Part shown: positions 17,542 through 28,248 of the stretch, piece by piece
Numbering within the stretch: position 1 is the stretch's first letter
Layout of the letters: every line of letters starts with the position of its first letter
Assembly (NCBI GenBank): GCA_033721075.1
Contig: JAWWBH010000001.1
Location: 1-47,937 of the forward strand
Source: Christiangramia sp.
GTDB taxonomy: Bacteria; Bacteroidota; Bacteroidia; Flavobacteriales; Flavobacteriaceae
Length of the DNA: 47,937 bases
Direction: 5' to 3'
Translations under genes and position numbers: made by a program
The notes under the pieces: generated by a model
The model's database searches: none
Told to the model about the DNA's origin: nothing
The model's input: only the letters and a program-made list of their open reading frames with translations

Positions 17542-18723
17542 ATGAATAAAGAAGTAGTAATAGTAAGCGCCGCAAGGACTCCAATTGGTAGTTTTCTAGG
17601 TAGTTTATCAACCATTCCTGCTACAAAATTAGGATCTATTGCGATCAAGGGTGCCCTCGAAAAGATCAATCTAAAACCAGAATTTGTAGAGGAAGTTTTG
17701 ATGGGTAATGTGGTCCAGGCCGGTGTGGGACAGGCACCTGCTAGACAGGCCTCTCTAGGTGCAGGAATACCAGATACTGTACCATGTACTACGGTAAATA
17801 AAGTTTGTGCAAGTGGAATGAAAGCTGTAATGCAGGGAGCCCAATCAATTATGTTGGGAGACACCTCGATTGTGGTGGCAGGTGGAATGGAAAACATGAG
17901 CCTTATACCTCATTACCTACATTTAAGAAAAGGACAAAAGTTTGGTCCTGCCCAGATGGAAGATGGAATGCAAAAGGATGGTTTGGTAGATGCTTATGAC
18001 CATAATGCCATGGGAGTGTGTGCCGACCTGTGCGCATCTGAACATAATTTCTCACGTGAGGACCAGGATAAATTTGCCATTCAGTCATATGAAAGATCTG
18101 CAAAAGCATGGAAAGAAGGCAAATTTGACAATGAGGTAGTTCCTGTGGAAGTACCTCAGAGAAAAGGCGACCCGGTAATTGTGAAAGAGGATGAGGAGTA
18201 TAAGAATGTGCGTATGGACAAAATATCTTCTCTTAGACCGGCATTTTCAAAAGAAGGCACAGTTACGGCTGCCAATGCATCCACCATTAATGATGGCGCT
18301 GGAGCCGTGGTATTGATGAGCAGGGAAAAAGCAGATGAATTAGGCATCAAGCCCCTGGCAACGATTAGAAGCTATGCCGATGCTGCTACCGAGCCAAAGT
18401 GGTTCACTACAGCTCCTTCAAAAGCGCTTCCAAAGGCCATTGCCAAAGCGGAGATAAAAATGGAAGAAGTTGACTTCTTTGAATTTAACGAAGCTTTTTC
18501 GGTAGTTGGACTTGCAAACATGAAAATTTTAGGATTAACCGATAAGAATACCAATGTGAACGGTGGTGCTGTTTCTCTGGGCCATCCGCTTGGATGTAGT
18601 GGTGTTAGGATTCTTATCACTTTGCTGAATGTTCTTGAACAAAATAACGCCCGAATTGGGGCCGCGGCCATATGTAACGGAGGTGGCGGAGCATCGGCCA
18701 TGGTAATAGAACGCAATACCTAA
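17542..18723 (+). CDS. Acetyl-CoA C-acyltransferase (thiolase)
   Basis: NKVCASG, NEAF, GHPLGCSG, ICNGGGG. Confidence 0.95.
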   Translation: MNKEVVIVSAARTPIGSFLGSLSTIPATKLGSIAIKGALEKINLKPEFVEEVLMGNVVQAGVGQAPARQASLGAGIPDTVPCTTVNKVCASGMKAVMQGAQSIMLGDTSIVVAGGMENMSLIPHYLHLRKGQKFGPAQMEDGMQKDGLVDAYDHNAMGVCADLCASEHNFSREDQDKFAIQSYERSAKAWKEGKFDNEVVPVEVPQRKGDPVIVKEDEEYKNVRMDKISSLRPAFSKEGTVTAANASTINDGAGAVVLMSREKADELGIKPLATIRSYADAATEPKWFTTAPSKALPKAIAKAEIKMEEVDFFEFNEAFSVVGLANMKILGLTDKNTNVNGGAVSLGHPLGCSGVRILITLLNVLEQNNARIGAAAICNGGGGASAMVIERNT

Positions 18724-18739
18724 TATTGAATAAGAATTA

Positions 18740-19492
18740 ATGCAATACGGTATTTGCCATTTAAGTATAGTACCGCTAAGAGCCTCGTCATCTCATGAAA
18801 GTGAGATGACCTCACAGCTCTTATATGGTGAACACTTCAAGATCCTGGAAGAACGGGCACAATGGAGCCGGATAAGGAATGCCTTTGACGGATTCGAAGC
18901 CTGGATAGATAAAAAACAGTACAGGAAAATTGAGGAAGAGGAATATTATTCAATTGAAGATACCAGTTACAGCCTTTCTTCAGATCTCATTGAATATATC
19001 ACGGACGATAACGGCTTGCTTATGCCGGTTGCCATGGGATCTGTCGTTAATTTCAGTGCGAAGCTTACGCATAAGTTCGAAGGTCATATTGTAACTCCAA
19101 ATAAAGCGTCAAAAGACAAAATTATTGAAACCGCTCTGCTTTACCTTAATTCACCTCATATTTGGGGAGGAAAATCTCCTTTTGGAATTGACTGTAGTGG
19201 TTTTACCCAGATGGTCTATAAGCTAAATGGTGAAAAAATAAAAAGAAGTGCGGCTGAACAGGCTAAACAGGGAGAGGCTTTAAGCTTTATTGAAGAAAGT
19301 GAACCGGGTGACCTGGCTTTTTTTGATGATAACGAAGGTGTTATTAATCATGTTGGTATCATCATGCAGGATAATTATATAATCCATGTAGATGGTCGTG
19401 TGAGAATAGACCGCATAGATCATTCAGGAATATTTAATACAGAACAACAAAAGCATACTCACAAACTAAGGGTAATCAAGAAAATAATTTGA
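18740..19492 (+). CDS. NlpC/P60 (C40) peptidase with N-terminal SH3b domain
   Basis: SQLLYGE...GW SH3b; WGGKSPFGIDCSGF; PGDLAFF; HVGI. Confidence 0.92.
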   Translation: MQYGICHLSIVPLRASSSHESEMTSQLLYGEHFKILEERAQWSRIRNAFDGFEAWIDKKQYRKIEEEEYYSIEDTSYSLSSDLIEYITDDNGLLMPVAMGSVVNFSAKLTHKFEGHIVTPNKASKDKIIETALLYLNSPHIWGGKSPFGIDCSGFTQMVYKLNGEKIKRSAAEQAKQGEALSFIEESEPGDLAFFDDNEGVINHVGIIMQDNYIIHVDGRVRIDRIDHSGIFNTEQQKHTHKLRVIKKII

Positions 19493-19511
19493 TCTCTTGG
19501 TTTTAAGAAAT

Positions 19512-19545
19512 AAAAAACCCGCTGAAATTCAGCGGGTTTTTTTTT
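19512..19545. terminator. Bidirectional intrinsic terminator
   Basis: AAAAAACCCGCTGAA-A-TTCAGCGGGTTTTTTTTT between convergent genes. Confidence 0.9.
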
Positions 19546-19561
19546 ATGTCCATAACTAAGT

Positions 19562-20800
19562 TTATTGATCAAGCTTAGCTTTCATTTCATCGACCTTCTC
19601 CTGATTTCCAAGGTTTGAATATATGTTCATCGCGGTTTTGATCGCATCTGTATTCTCAGGATCAATCTCGATCGCTTTTTCAAGAATTGGTACTACTTCT
19701 TTATATAGATCTTTTCTTTGTGCATCAAGCTCATCGTAACGCTCATTATCAGCCTTACTCATTCCAAGACCGTTCATTTCATCAATGATCTCTCTTTCCT
19801 TGCTTAGAATAGCTGCCACTTTATTGATCCTTGCATTGTTCATTTTCTCATCGATCGAAAGTGCTTTATTGTAGAATTCAATAGCCTTCTCATTATCGCC
19901 AATTTCAGCATACATCAAACCAATGTTATTCATGGTTTCCGCATCATTAGGATCTTTTTCGGCAAGTTCTTCAAGTATAGTCCTTGCTTTCTCCTTCTCT
20001 CCCATTTGATAATACATGTTCGCTTCTGCCTTTAAAAGGCTCATATCATCAGGATTGGTTGCTTTGGCCTCATCCATCGCTGCTATGGCCTTGTCATACT
20101 CTGTCTGGCTGATATAAATTCTAGCGATCAGTTGGGCTATATCACCTTTTTTAGAAGGTATTTCCCTAACGGAAGGATCTTTATACTCAGAAGTTTTCAC
20201 CATAATATCTCTCTGCTCTTTAGAGCCAAATGCCTCTACTTCACCAGTTTCAACATTTACCGCAATGTATTCCTTTGCGGATCCGTCATAACCCATCTCG
20301 TTCAGCATCTCAAGATATTCAACTGCCTTAGCATAATCCTGTGCCTGTACGAGGTTATTGGCAGCATAATAAAGATAGATAGTATCTTTTTGGCTTAACT
20401 CATAGCTGGCATAAAGTTTTTCTGCAGCAGAAGCGAAATCCTCTTTATTCTGGTCTTCGATAGCACTTTGAATAAGATTGTTCTTCAAGGCCATCAAACT
20501 TTCAGCCGCATCATCGTTTCCAAGCTCGGCCGCTTTCTGAAATGCTTCAGCAGCTATCTTAAGGTCGGCAGCAGAAGCATTACCGGCTCCCATGTATGCC
20601 TTACCTTTATAAAAATAGAAATTCTCTGTCCATTTATCATTTAATTCTCCCAGGTTTTGTTCTGCTATTTTAAGCTGAGCTTTTGCTTCTGAATAATTGC
20701 CCTCATCAAGAGCGTCTTCTGCGTTTTTTACCTGATCTTTCTGGGCGAAAGCTGTCATTGAAAGAAGCGACAGACCCAGCATAATAATATTCGTTCTCAT
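19562..20800 (-). CDS. Tetratricopeptide repeat protein with signal peptide
   Basis: MRTNIIMLGLSLLSMTAFA/Q signal peptide from the ATG at 20800; multiple TPR motifs; directly downstream of gyrA. Confidence 0.85.
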   Translation of the reverse strand: MRTNIIMLGLSLLSMTAFAQKDQVKNAEDALDEGNYSEAKAQLKIAEQNLGELNDKWTENFYFYKGKAYMGAGNASAADLKIAAEAFQKAAELGNDDAAESLMALKNNLIQSAIEDQNKEDFASAAEKLYASYELSQKDTIYLYYAANNLVQAQDYAKAVEYLEMLNEMGYDGSAKEYIAVNVETGEVEAFGSKEQRDIMVKTSEYKDPSVREIPSKKGDIAQLIARIYISQTEYDKAIAAMDEAKATNPDDMSLLKAEANMYYQMGEKEKARTILEELAEKDPNDAETMNNIGLMYAEIGDNEKAIEFYNKALSIDEKMNNARINKVAAILSKEREIIDEMNGLGMSKADNERYDELDAQRKDLYKEVVPILEKAIEIDPENTDAIKTAMNIYSNLGNQEKVDEMKAKLDQ

Positions 20801-20822
20801 TGTGGTTTTGGTTTTAGTTTTT

Positions 20823-23354
20823 TTATTCCTCACTATCATCTGCAATAGTTGTGCCATTTGCCGGTTCTTCACCGCCTACAGGCTTTTCGGCGTCTTCCAT
20901 ACTTTCCACATCGTCCTCATCATGTAACACCTTCGCTACTGCAGCAATAGCATCATTGCCTTTTAAGTTTATAAGTCTAACACCCTGAGTAGCACGGCCC
21001 ATAACCCTAAGATCTTCCACCGCCATACGTATCGCTATACCAGACTTATTTATGATCATAAGATCATCTGTATCGGTAACATTTTTTATCGCGACAAGTT
21101 GTCCGGTCTTTTCGGTAACAGAAATGGTCTTAACCCCTTTACCTCCACGGTTAGTGATCCGGTAATCCTCAAGACTTGAACGCTTTCCATAGCCATTTTC
21201 AGAAACAACAAGGATGTCTGAATCAAACTCATTTACAGATACCATTCCTACTACTTCATCATTGTCATCTGCCAGACTAATGCCTCTTACACCAGAAGCA
21301 TTTCTTCCCATTGGCCTGGTCTTACTTTCTTCGAACCTGATGGCCTTTCCACTTTTAACAGCAAGCATTACCTGAGAATTTCCGGTTGTAAGTTTTGCTT
21401 CCAGAAGTTCATCTCCTTCTTTAATGGTAATCGCATTAATACCATTTGTTCTTGGACGTGAATATTTTTCCAGTCTGGTTTTCTTAACCTGACCTTTCTT
21501 GGTGGCCATAATCACAAAATGATTGTTGACATATTCCTCATCCTTGAGATCCTGCGTACAGATGAAGGCATTTACCTTATCATCTGGCTCAATATTAATA
21601 AGATTCTGGATAGCCCTTCCTTTTGAAGCCTTGCTTCCTTCAGGAATCTCGTAAACTCTCATCCAGTAACATTTACCATTCTGGGTAAAGAATAACATAT
21701 ACTGGTGATTGGTTCCAACGAATAGATATTCCAGGAAGTCTTCATTCCTCGTTGTGGAACCTTTTTGTCCCACTCCTCCTCTATTCTGTTTCTTATATTC
21801 ACTTAGGGAAGTCCTTTTAATATAACCTGCATGAGAGATGGTAATTACCACACTTTCATCAGGGATCATATCTTCAATGCTAAGATCTCCGCCAGAGTAT
21901 TCAATTTGTGAACGTCTTGGGTCACCATATTTTTCTTTAACCTCAAGGAGCTCATCTTTTATAACTTCCATTCTACGCTCCTTTCGGGCAAGAATATCCT
22001 CAAGATCTTCAATTGTTTTCAATATCTCATCATACTCAGCTCTCAGTTTGTCCTGTTCCAGACCTGTAAGCTGTCTTAGCCTCATTTCTACGATTGCCTT
22101 TGCCTGAAGTTCAGAAAGCTCAAATCGCTCCATCAATTTAGTTCTGGCCTCATCTGCATTAGAAGATGCTCTAATTAAAGCGATAACTTCATCAATATTA
22201 TCTGAAGCTATAATTAAACCTTCCAGGATATGAGCACGATCTTTTGCTTTACGTAAATCAAACTCTGTCCTGCGAACTACTACATCATGCCTGTGCTCAA
22301 CGAAATGATATATAAGATCCTTAAGATTCAGCATCTCCGGTCTGCCATTTACCAGTGCAATATTATTTACGCTGAATGATGACTGAAGTGCCGTATGCTT
22401 AAATAAAGTATTAAGTACAATATTAGGAATTGCATCTCTCTTAAGCTGATATACGATTCGCATCCCGTTTCGATCAGATTCGTCCCTTATAAGACTGATA
22501 CCTTCGATCTTTTTCTCATTAACAAGATCGGCAGTTTTCTTAATCATATCAGCCTTATTAACCTGATATGGAATTTCTGTCACCACAAGATATTCTCTTC
22601 CGTTGATTTCTTCCATATGAGATTTGGCTCTCATAACTATTCTTCCGCGACCTGTTTTAAAAGCTTCTTTTACACCTTCATAACCATAAATGATTCCTCC
22701 GGTAGGAAAATCTGGAGCTTTTATATGCTGGATAAGCTCGTCTATCTCAATATCATGATTTTCAATATATGCTACCGTCCCGTCAATCACTTCTGAAAGA
22801 TTATGGGGAGGCATATTGGTCGCCATACCTACGGCAATACCACTGGCTCCATTAACCAAAAGGTTTGGAACTCGTGTTGGCATTACAACAGGCTCGCTTA
22901 ATGAATCATCAAAGTTTAACTGGGTATCTACTGTTTCTTTATCAATATCAGCAAGCATATCCTCACTGATCTTACGCATACGCGCCTCAGTATAACGCAT
23001 AGCCGCAGGACTATCACCGTCAACAGACCCAAAGTTACCCTGACCGTCCACAAGCATATACCTCATGCTCCAGTGCTGTGCCATTCTAACCATAGTGTCG
23101 TATACCGATGAATCTCCATGGGGGTGATACTTACCTAATACCTCTCCTACGATTCTCGCCGATTTCTTATAGGCCCTGTTGGATAGAACCCCAAGTTCGT
23201 ACATCCCGTACAATACTCTTCTGTGAACCGGTTTTAAACCATCACGCACATCTGGCAACGCACGTGACACAATGACCGACATCGAATAATCGATATAGGC
23301 CGATTTCATTTCATCTTCAATGTTGATAGGAATTAGCTTTTCTCCTTCAGCCAT
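20823..23354 (-). CDS. gyrA: DNA gyrase subunit A
   Basis: [19 protein letters not shown] catalytic Tyr, GyrA-box variant QNRGGVG, beta-pinwheel repeats. Confidence 0.98.
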   Translation of the reverse strand: MAEGEKLIPINIEDEMKSAYIDYSMSVIVSRALPDVRDGLKPVHRRVLYGMYELGVLSNRAYKKSARIVGEVLGKYHPHGDSSVYDTMVRMAQHWSMRYMLVDGQGNFGSVDGDSPAAMRYTEARMRKISEDMLADIDKETVDTQLNFDDSLSEPVVMPTRVPNLLVNGASGIAVGMATNMPPHNLSEVIDGTVAYIENHDIEIDELIQHIKAPDFPTGGIIYGYEGVKEAFKTGRGRIVMRAKSHMEEINGREYLVVTEIPYQVNKADMIKKTADLVNEKKIEGISLIRDESDRNGMRIVYQLKRDAIPNIVLNTLFKHTALQSSFSVNNIALVNGRPEMLNLKDLIYHFVEHRHDVVVRRTEFDLRKAKDRAHILEGLIIASDNIDEVIALIRASSNADEARTKLMERFELSELQAKAIVEMRLRQLTGLEQDKLRAEYDEILKTIEDLEDILARKERRMEVIKDELLEVKEKYGDPRRSQIEYSGGDLSIEDMIPDESVVITISHAGYIKRTSLSEYKKQNRGGVGQKGSTTRNEDFLEYLFVGTNHQYMLFFTQNGKCYWMRVYEIPEGSKASKGRAIQNLINIEPDDKVNAFICTQDLKDEEYVNNHFVIMATKKGQVKKTRLEKYSRPRTNGINAITIKEGDELLEAKLTTGNSQVMLAVKSGKAIRFEESKTRPMGRNASGVRGISLADDNDEVVGMVSVNEFDSDILVVSENGYGKRSSLEDYRITNRGGKGVKTISVTEKTGQLVAIKNVTDTDDLMIINKSGIAIRMAVEDLRVMGRATQGVRLINLKGNDAIAAVAKVLHDEDDVESMEDAEKPVGGEEPANGTTIADDSEE

Positions 23355-23515
23355 ATTTTAAAGTTTAATTTATCTCTATAAAAATCTAAGGGGCAATTTA
23401 CATATTTTATCCCTTTTTTAGGGGATTCAGCTCAGCATTAGCCTTATTTTTATTAACAAATTTTTATTGTGATTTGGTTAATAAGTTCACTATTTTACAC
23501 TTTGAAAATTGAAAG

Positions 23516-23523
23516 TAATTTTG
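23516..23523 (+). promoter_or_regulatory. Bacteroidota -7 element (TAATTTTG) upstream of clpC
   Basis: TAnnTTTG match about 80 nt before the ATG at 23603. Confidence 0.45.
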
Positions 23524-23602
23524 TCAATTAGCTACTAACTCCTTATTAGGTACAGTTTTTGACCAAATTCGAGTGAAAATAACTTTGAGAAAGGAAGATA
23601 AA

Positions 23603-26158
23603 ATGGATGATAATTTTTCACCAAGAGTAAAAGATGTTATTGCTTACAGTAAAGAGGAAGCATTAAGACTCGGCCACGATTTTATCGGGACAGAACATCT
23701 TATGCTTGGGTTGCTGAGAGATGGAGATGGTAAAGCTATAGAGATATTGAATGCTCTGGAAATAGATCTTGGCCACTTGAGACGTAAAGTTGAAATCTTA
23801 AGCCCTGCAAACCCTAATACAGTTACAATAAATAATGAGAAGAAAAACCTGCATTTGACAAGGCAGGCTGAGCGTGCTTTGAAAACGACTTTCCTTGAAG
23901 CCAAACTCTTTCAGAGCTCATCTATTAATACTGCTCACTTGCTTTTATGCATTTTGAGAAATGAAAACGATCCCACCACTAAATTGCTGAACAAATTGAA
24001 AATAGATTACGACGGAGTAAAAGATCAGTTTAAATACATGATCGCAAGTGATGAAGATGATTTCTCTGATAGCCCTGCAGCAGAATCTTTTTCAGATGAT
24101 GACGGTGGTGATGAAACCACCAGGGAAAATCCATTCAGTAGTAGTGGAGGCACCGGAAAAACTTCTAAAAAATCCAAGACTCCTGTTCTGGATAACTTCG
24201 GAAGAGACCTTACATCACTTGCAGAATTGGATAAACTGGATCCGGTTGTAGGAAGAGAAAAGGAAATCGAAAGGGTTTCCCAGATCCTGAGCCGAAGAAA
24301 AAAGAACAACCCTCTTTTAATTGGAGAACCTGGAGTAGGTAAATCGGCAATTGCTGAAGGTCTTGCTTTAAGAATTGTTAAACGAAAAGTATCAAGGATC
24401 CTTTTTGACAAAAGGGTTGTTACCCTTGACCTGGCAAGTCTGGTTGCCGGAACCAAATACCGCGGCCAGTTTGAAGAGAGAATGAAGGCCGTTATGAACG
24501 AGCTTGAGAAGAATGATGATATCATACTATTCATAGATGAAATTCACACCATAGTTGGTGCAGGTGGAGCAACTGGAAGTCTGGACGCGAGTAACATGTT
24601 CAAACCCGCTCTCGCCAGGGGTGAAATTCAATGTATTGGAGCCACTACCCTGGATGAATACAGACAGTACATTGAAAAAGATGGAGCTCTGGAAAGAAGA
24701 TTCCAGAAGGTAATTGTTGAACCTACTACAGTAGAGGAAACTATAGAGATCCTGAATAATATTAAAAATAAATACGAAGAGCATCACAATGTGGCTTACA
24801 CCGATGAGGCGATACAGGCTTGTGTAAAACTCACCAATAGATATATGACAGACAGGTTTCTTCCAGATAAAGCTATAGATGCGCTGGATGAAGCCGGATC
24901 ACGGGTACATATTACGAATATCGATGTTCCAAAACAGATCCTGGACCTTGAAAGAAAACTTGAGGAAGTTAGAGAGAATAAGAATTCTGTAGTTAAGAAG
25001 CAGAAATACGAAGAGGCTGCAAAATTAAGGGATGACGAAAAGAACCTTGAAAAAGAATTAAGCCTGGCCCAGGAAAAATGGGAAGAAGAGTCTAAAAAAC
25101 ATAAAGAAACGGTTTCCGAAGAAAGTGTGGCCGATGTTGTTTCCATGATGACCGGAATCCCTGTGAACAGGATCGCTCAAACCGAGAGTAATAAGCTTGT
25201 GGAATTACCTAAGAAGATCAAAGGTAAGGTCATTGGTCAGGATGAAGCAGTTGGAAAAGTTGTTAAAGCTATTCAGCGTAACCGGGCCGGACTTAAAGAT
25301 CCCAATAAACCCATTGGGTCTTTTATCTTCCTTGGTCAAACAGGTGTTGGTAAAACCCAGTTGGCAAAGGTACTAGCCCGCGAACTTTTTGATAACGAAG
25401 ATGCCCTAATCAGGATAGATATGAGCGAATACATGGAAAAATTCGCCGTTTCCCGCTTGATTGGAGCGCCTCCGGGATATGTTGGCTATGAAGAAGGTGG
25501 ACAGTTAACCGAAAAAGTAAGGAGAAAACCTTATGCCGTAGTACTTCTGGACGAGGTAGAAAAAGCCCATCCAGATGTTTTCAATATGCTGCTTCAGGTT
25601 CTTGATGATGGATATTTGACTGACAGTCTTGGAAGAAAGATCGATTTCAGAAACACGATAATCATAATGACCTCCAATATAGGCGCAAGAAAACTTAAGG
25701 ATTTTGGCCAGGGAGTAGGATTTGGAACTTCTGCCAAAAAATCGCAGGCAGATGACAATACCAGAAGTGTAATTGAAAATGCTCTTAAAAAGGCATTTGC
25801 TCCTGAATTCCTGAACCGTATCGATGATGTTGTGATTTTTAACTCGCTTGAAAGAGAGGATATTCATAAGATCATTGACATCGAACTTGCAAAATTATTC
25901 GATAGAATTCACGGGCTTGGTTATGATCTCAGCCTTACTGATAAAGCGAAAGACTTCATTGCAGAGAAAGGTTTTGATAAGCAATATGGAGCCCGTCCAT
26001 TAAACAGAGCAATTCAAAAATATATTGAAGATGCACTGGCAGAGGAAATTATCACCTCCAAACTTAAAGAAGGAGACTCTATAGTTATGGACCTTGATGA
26101 AGATAAAAATATCTTAACGATAGACATTAAGAAATCGGTAGAAGAAACTGAATCTTAA
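23603..26158 (+). CDS. clpC: ATP-dependent Clp protease ATP-binding subunit ClpC
   Basis: Clp-N repeats, two AAA+ modules (GEPGVGKS, GQTGVGKT), UVR-type middle domain (QKYEEAAKLRD), VGF ClpP-docking loop; ATG start at 23603 preferred. Confidence 0.93.
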   Translation: MDDNFSPRVKDVIAYSKEEALRLGHDFIGTEHLMLGLLRDGDGKAIEILNALEIDLGHLRRKVEILSPANPNTVTINNEKKNLHLTRQAERALKTTFLEAKLFQSSSINTAHLLLCILRNENDPTTKLLNKLKIDYDGVKDQFKYMIASDEDDFSDSPAAESFSDDDGGDETTRENPFSSSGGTGKTSKKSKTPVLDNFGRDLTSLAELDKLDPVVGREKEIERVSQILSRRKKNNPLLIGEPGVGKSAIAEGLALRIVKRKVSRILFDKRVVTLDLASLVAGTKYRGQFEERMKAVMNELEKNDDIILFIDEIHTIVGAGGATGSLDASNMFKPALARGEIQCIGATTLDEYRQYIEKDGALERRFQKVIVEPTTVEETIEILNNIKNKYEEHHNVAYTDEAIQACVKLTNRYMTDRFLPDKAIDALDEAGSRVHITNIDVPKQILDLERKLEEVRENKNSVVKKQKYEEAAKLRDDEKNLEKELSLAQEKWEEESKKHKETVSEESVADVVSMMTGIPVNRIAQTESNKLVELPKKIKGKVIGQDEAVGKVVKAIQRNRAGLKDPNKPIGSFIFLGQTGVGKTQLAKVLARELFDNEDALIRIDMSEYMEKFAVSRLIGAPPGYVGYEEGGQLTEKVRRKPYAVVLLDEVEKAHPDVFNMLLQVLDDGYLTDSLGRKIDFRNTIIIMTSNIGARKLKDFGQGVGFGTSAKKSQADDNTRSVIENALKKAFAPEFLNRIDDVVIFNSLEREDIHKIIDIELAKLFDRIHGLGYDLSLTDKAKDFIAEKGFDKQYGARPLNRAIQKYIEDALAEEIITSKLKEGDSIVMDLDEDKNILTIDIKKSVEETES

Positions 26159-26167
26159 TTAGATATG

Positions 26168-26223
26168 AAATAAATAAAATAAAAAAGCCGCATTTAAAAG
26201 CGGCTTTTTTATTTTATTTATTT
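26168..26223 (+). terminator. Intrinsic terminator with extended 24-bp inverted repeat
   Basis: AAATAAATAAAATAAAAAAGCCGC-N8-GCGGCTTTTTTATTTTATTTATTT. Confidence 0.85.
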
Positions 26224-26273
26224 TCACATTTGTTCAATTTGATATAAATTTAGTACCCATTAAGCCCCAATAA

Positions 26274-26648
26274 ATGTTACCTAAACAAATTGAACTTGAC
26301 TTTGGACAGGTCACCATTCATGAGAATATCCTTATTGCTAAACTTAATGAAGGTGTGCTGTTTGATGTGGAAAACAACAAAAAGTTATTAGACCTCGGCA
26401 AAGAAATTTTTAAAGAGGAAAATTACGGATACATTTCCCACAGGGTAAATTCCTACGCGGTAGACCCAATTGTCTATTTCGAATCGGCGAATACAAAAAA
26501 CCTTAGAGCCATTGCTGTAGTTAGCGAGAATGAAATGACCCTGCGAAATGCCGATCAGGTTGAAAGAAAATTCTACAAAGGCAGTAATTCATTCGAAGTA
26601 TTTCGAACCTTAGAGGAAGCTGTTGATTGGATAAAAACAAAAATCTAA
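26274..26648 (+). CDS. STAS/SEC14 (SpoIIAA-like) small protein
   Basis: YISHRVNSYAVDP, AIAVV, C-terminal FRTLEEAVDWI typical of this fold. Confidence 0.7.
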   Translation: MLPKQIELDFGQVTIHENILIAKLNEGVLFDVENNKKLLDLGKEIFKEENYGYISHRVNSYAVDPIVYFESANTKNLRAIAVVSENEMTLRNADQVERKFYKGSNSFEVFRTLEEAVDWIKTKI

Positions 26649-28150
26649 TCGGCGAAATCTTCAACTTCAAAATTCTCGATAAAATCTTTCGCTTTCCTGA
26701 TGTAAGGAGCCATCGTTCTGTCTTCGGTAAGCACAGGAACACTATTCCTAAACTCATTCAGTATTTCATTTAGCCGCTCAGATGTTCTGGCTGGTTCCCT
26801 GAAATGAATCGCCTGTGAGGCATTAAAAAGTTCTATTGCCAGGACCGTATTTAAATTTTCGACAACCTTTAGAAGTTTAGTTGCACTGTTCGCTCCCATA
26901 CTTACATGGTCTTCCTGGCCGTTTGATGAAACTATCGAATCTATAGAAGCCGGACTTGATAATTGCTTATTCTGACTTACAATACTGGCAGCTGTATATT
27001 GTGGGATCATAAATCCACTGTTAAGACCGGGATTTTCAACCAGAAAATTAGGAAGTCCCCTCAAACCTGATACCAGTTGAAATGTTCTTCTTTCGGAAAT
27101 ATTGGCGAGTTCTGAAAGGGCTATTGCCAGGTAATCCAGTCCCAGAGCCAGTGGCTGCCCATGAAAATTCCCTCCAGAAATGATCTTATCAGCCTCTATG
27201 AAAATATTCGGATTATCTGTCACCGAATTAATTTCGGTTTTCACCGTTTTTCTTACAAATGAAAGAGTGTCCTTGGAAGCACCGTGCACCTGAGGGATGC
27301 ATCTAAAAGAATATGGATCCTGCACATTATCCTTTTCAGTCTGCGCTATTTCACTTCCTTCAAGGAAATTTCGAATTCTTTCCGCGGTCTTTATTTGCCC
27401 TCTGTGAGGTCTCACCAAATGTACCAGCTCATCATATGGCGAAAGATTACAATCGAAAGCATCTATGGAAATCGCACCAATAAGATCGGCCATATAAGAC
27501 AGCTTATATGCCTTGAGTAAGGCATAAACGCCATGAGCGCTCATAAACTGAGTTCCGTTAAGAAGGGCCAATCCTTCCTTGCTTTGCAGCTTAACGGGTT
27601 CCCAATCTTTAATTCTAAGCAATTCTTCCCCCGTGATAACCTTGTCCTCAAAATAGACTTCTCCATCCCCTATTAGTGGTAATGCAAGATGAGCTAATGG
27701 AGCAAGGTCGCCCGAGGCTCCCAGGGAGCCCTGCTCATAAACCACAGGCAGAATGTCATCATTATAAAAATCAATAAGCCTTTCCACGGTTTGCAATGCT
27801 ACTCCCGAATTTCCATAACTGAGAGATTGAATTTTTAGCAATAGCATTAATTTAACCACAGATTTGGAAACCTTATCACCAGTTCCACAGGCATGAGACC
27901 TTACCAGGTTCTCCTGAAGTTCAGTAAGTTTTTCTGAGGTGATCTTTACATTACAAAGTGCTCCAAAGCCGGTATTAATCCCATAAACAGGAGTGTCGCT
28001 CTCCTTTATCTTATTGTCCAGATATCTCCTGGATTTTTCAATATTCAGCCTGGATTCATCACTTAGAGCTAATTTCTTTCCAGTTTTAATGACTTCATGA
28101 ATAACTTCGATATCTAAAACTGCAGAACTTATATAATGATGACTTTGCAT
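26645..28150 (-). CDS. hutH: Histidine ammonia-lyase
   Basis: YGINTGFG, LVRSHACG (Ser-His, HAL-type specificity), GASGDL MIO tripeptide, QDPYSFRC, QEDHVSMG. Confidence 0.95.
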   Translation of the reverse strand: MQSHHYISSAVLDIEVIHEVIKTGKKLALSDESRLNIEKSRRYLDNKIKESDTPVYGINTGFGALCNVKITSEKLTELQENLVRSHACGTGDKVSKSVVKLMLLLKIQSLSYGNSGVALQTVERLIDFYNDDILPVVYEQGSLGASGDLAPLAHLALPLIGDGEVYFEDKVITGEELLRIKDWEPVKLQSKEGLALLNGTQFMSAHGVYALLKAYKLSYMADLIGAISIDAFDCNLSPYDELVHLVRPHRGQIKTAERIRNFLEGSEIAQTEKDNVQDPYSFRCIPQVHGASKDTLSFVRKTVKTEINSVTDNPNIFIEADKIISGGNFHGQPLALGLDYLAIALSELANISERRTFQLVSGLRGLPNFLVENPGLNSGFMIPQYTAASIVSQNKQLSSPASIDSIVSSNGQEDHVSMGANSATKLLKVVENLNTVLAIELFNASQAIHFREPARTSERLNEILNEFRNSVPVLTEDRTMAPYIRKAKDFIENFEVEDFAD

Positions 28151-28248
28151 TTTATTGGTTTGGTTTTATGGGATGCAAAAATCTTACTTCGAAAATGAGA
28201 TTCCAAATAATTAGTAACTTAAATGACGATATTTTCAATAATCTCCTA

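Noticed and set aside
20801-20872. N-terminal extension of the TPR ORF overlapping gyrA
   Set aside because: A clean signal peptide begins at the ATG at 20800; the longer start overlaps the gyrA 3' end.
23080-23140. Quinolone-resistance substitution in the GyrA QRDR
   Set aside because: HGDSSVYD keeps Ser and Asp at the positions equivalent to E. coli 83 and 87.
24025-25867. Long antisense ORFs within clpC, and similar shadow ORFs in the SDRs, thiolase, gyrA and parC
   Set aside because: They lie opposite well-conserved genes, have S/L/F-rich mirror composition and show no recognisable motifs.
26645-28150. Stand-alone ammonia-lyase as a possible PAL/TAL for secondary metabolism
   Set aside because: The specificity segment LVRSHACG is HAL-type and no biosynthetic cluster is adjacent; the other hut genes may lie elsewhere in the genome.
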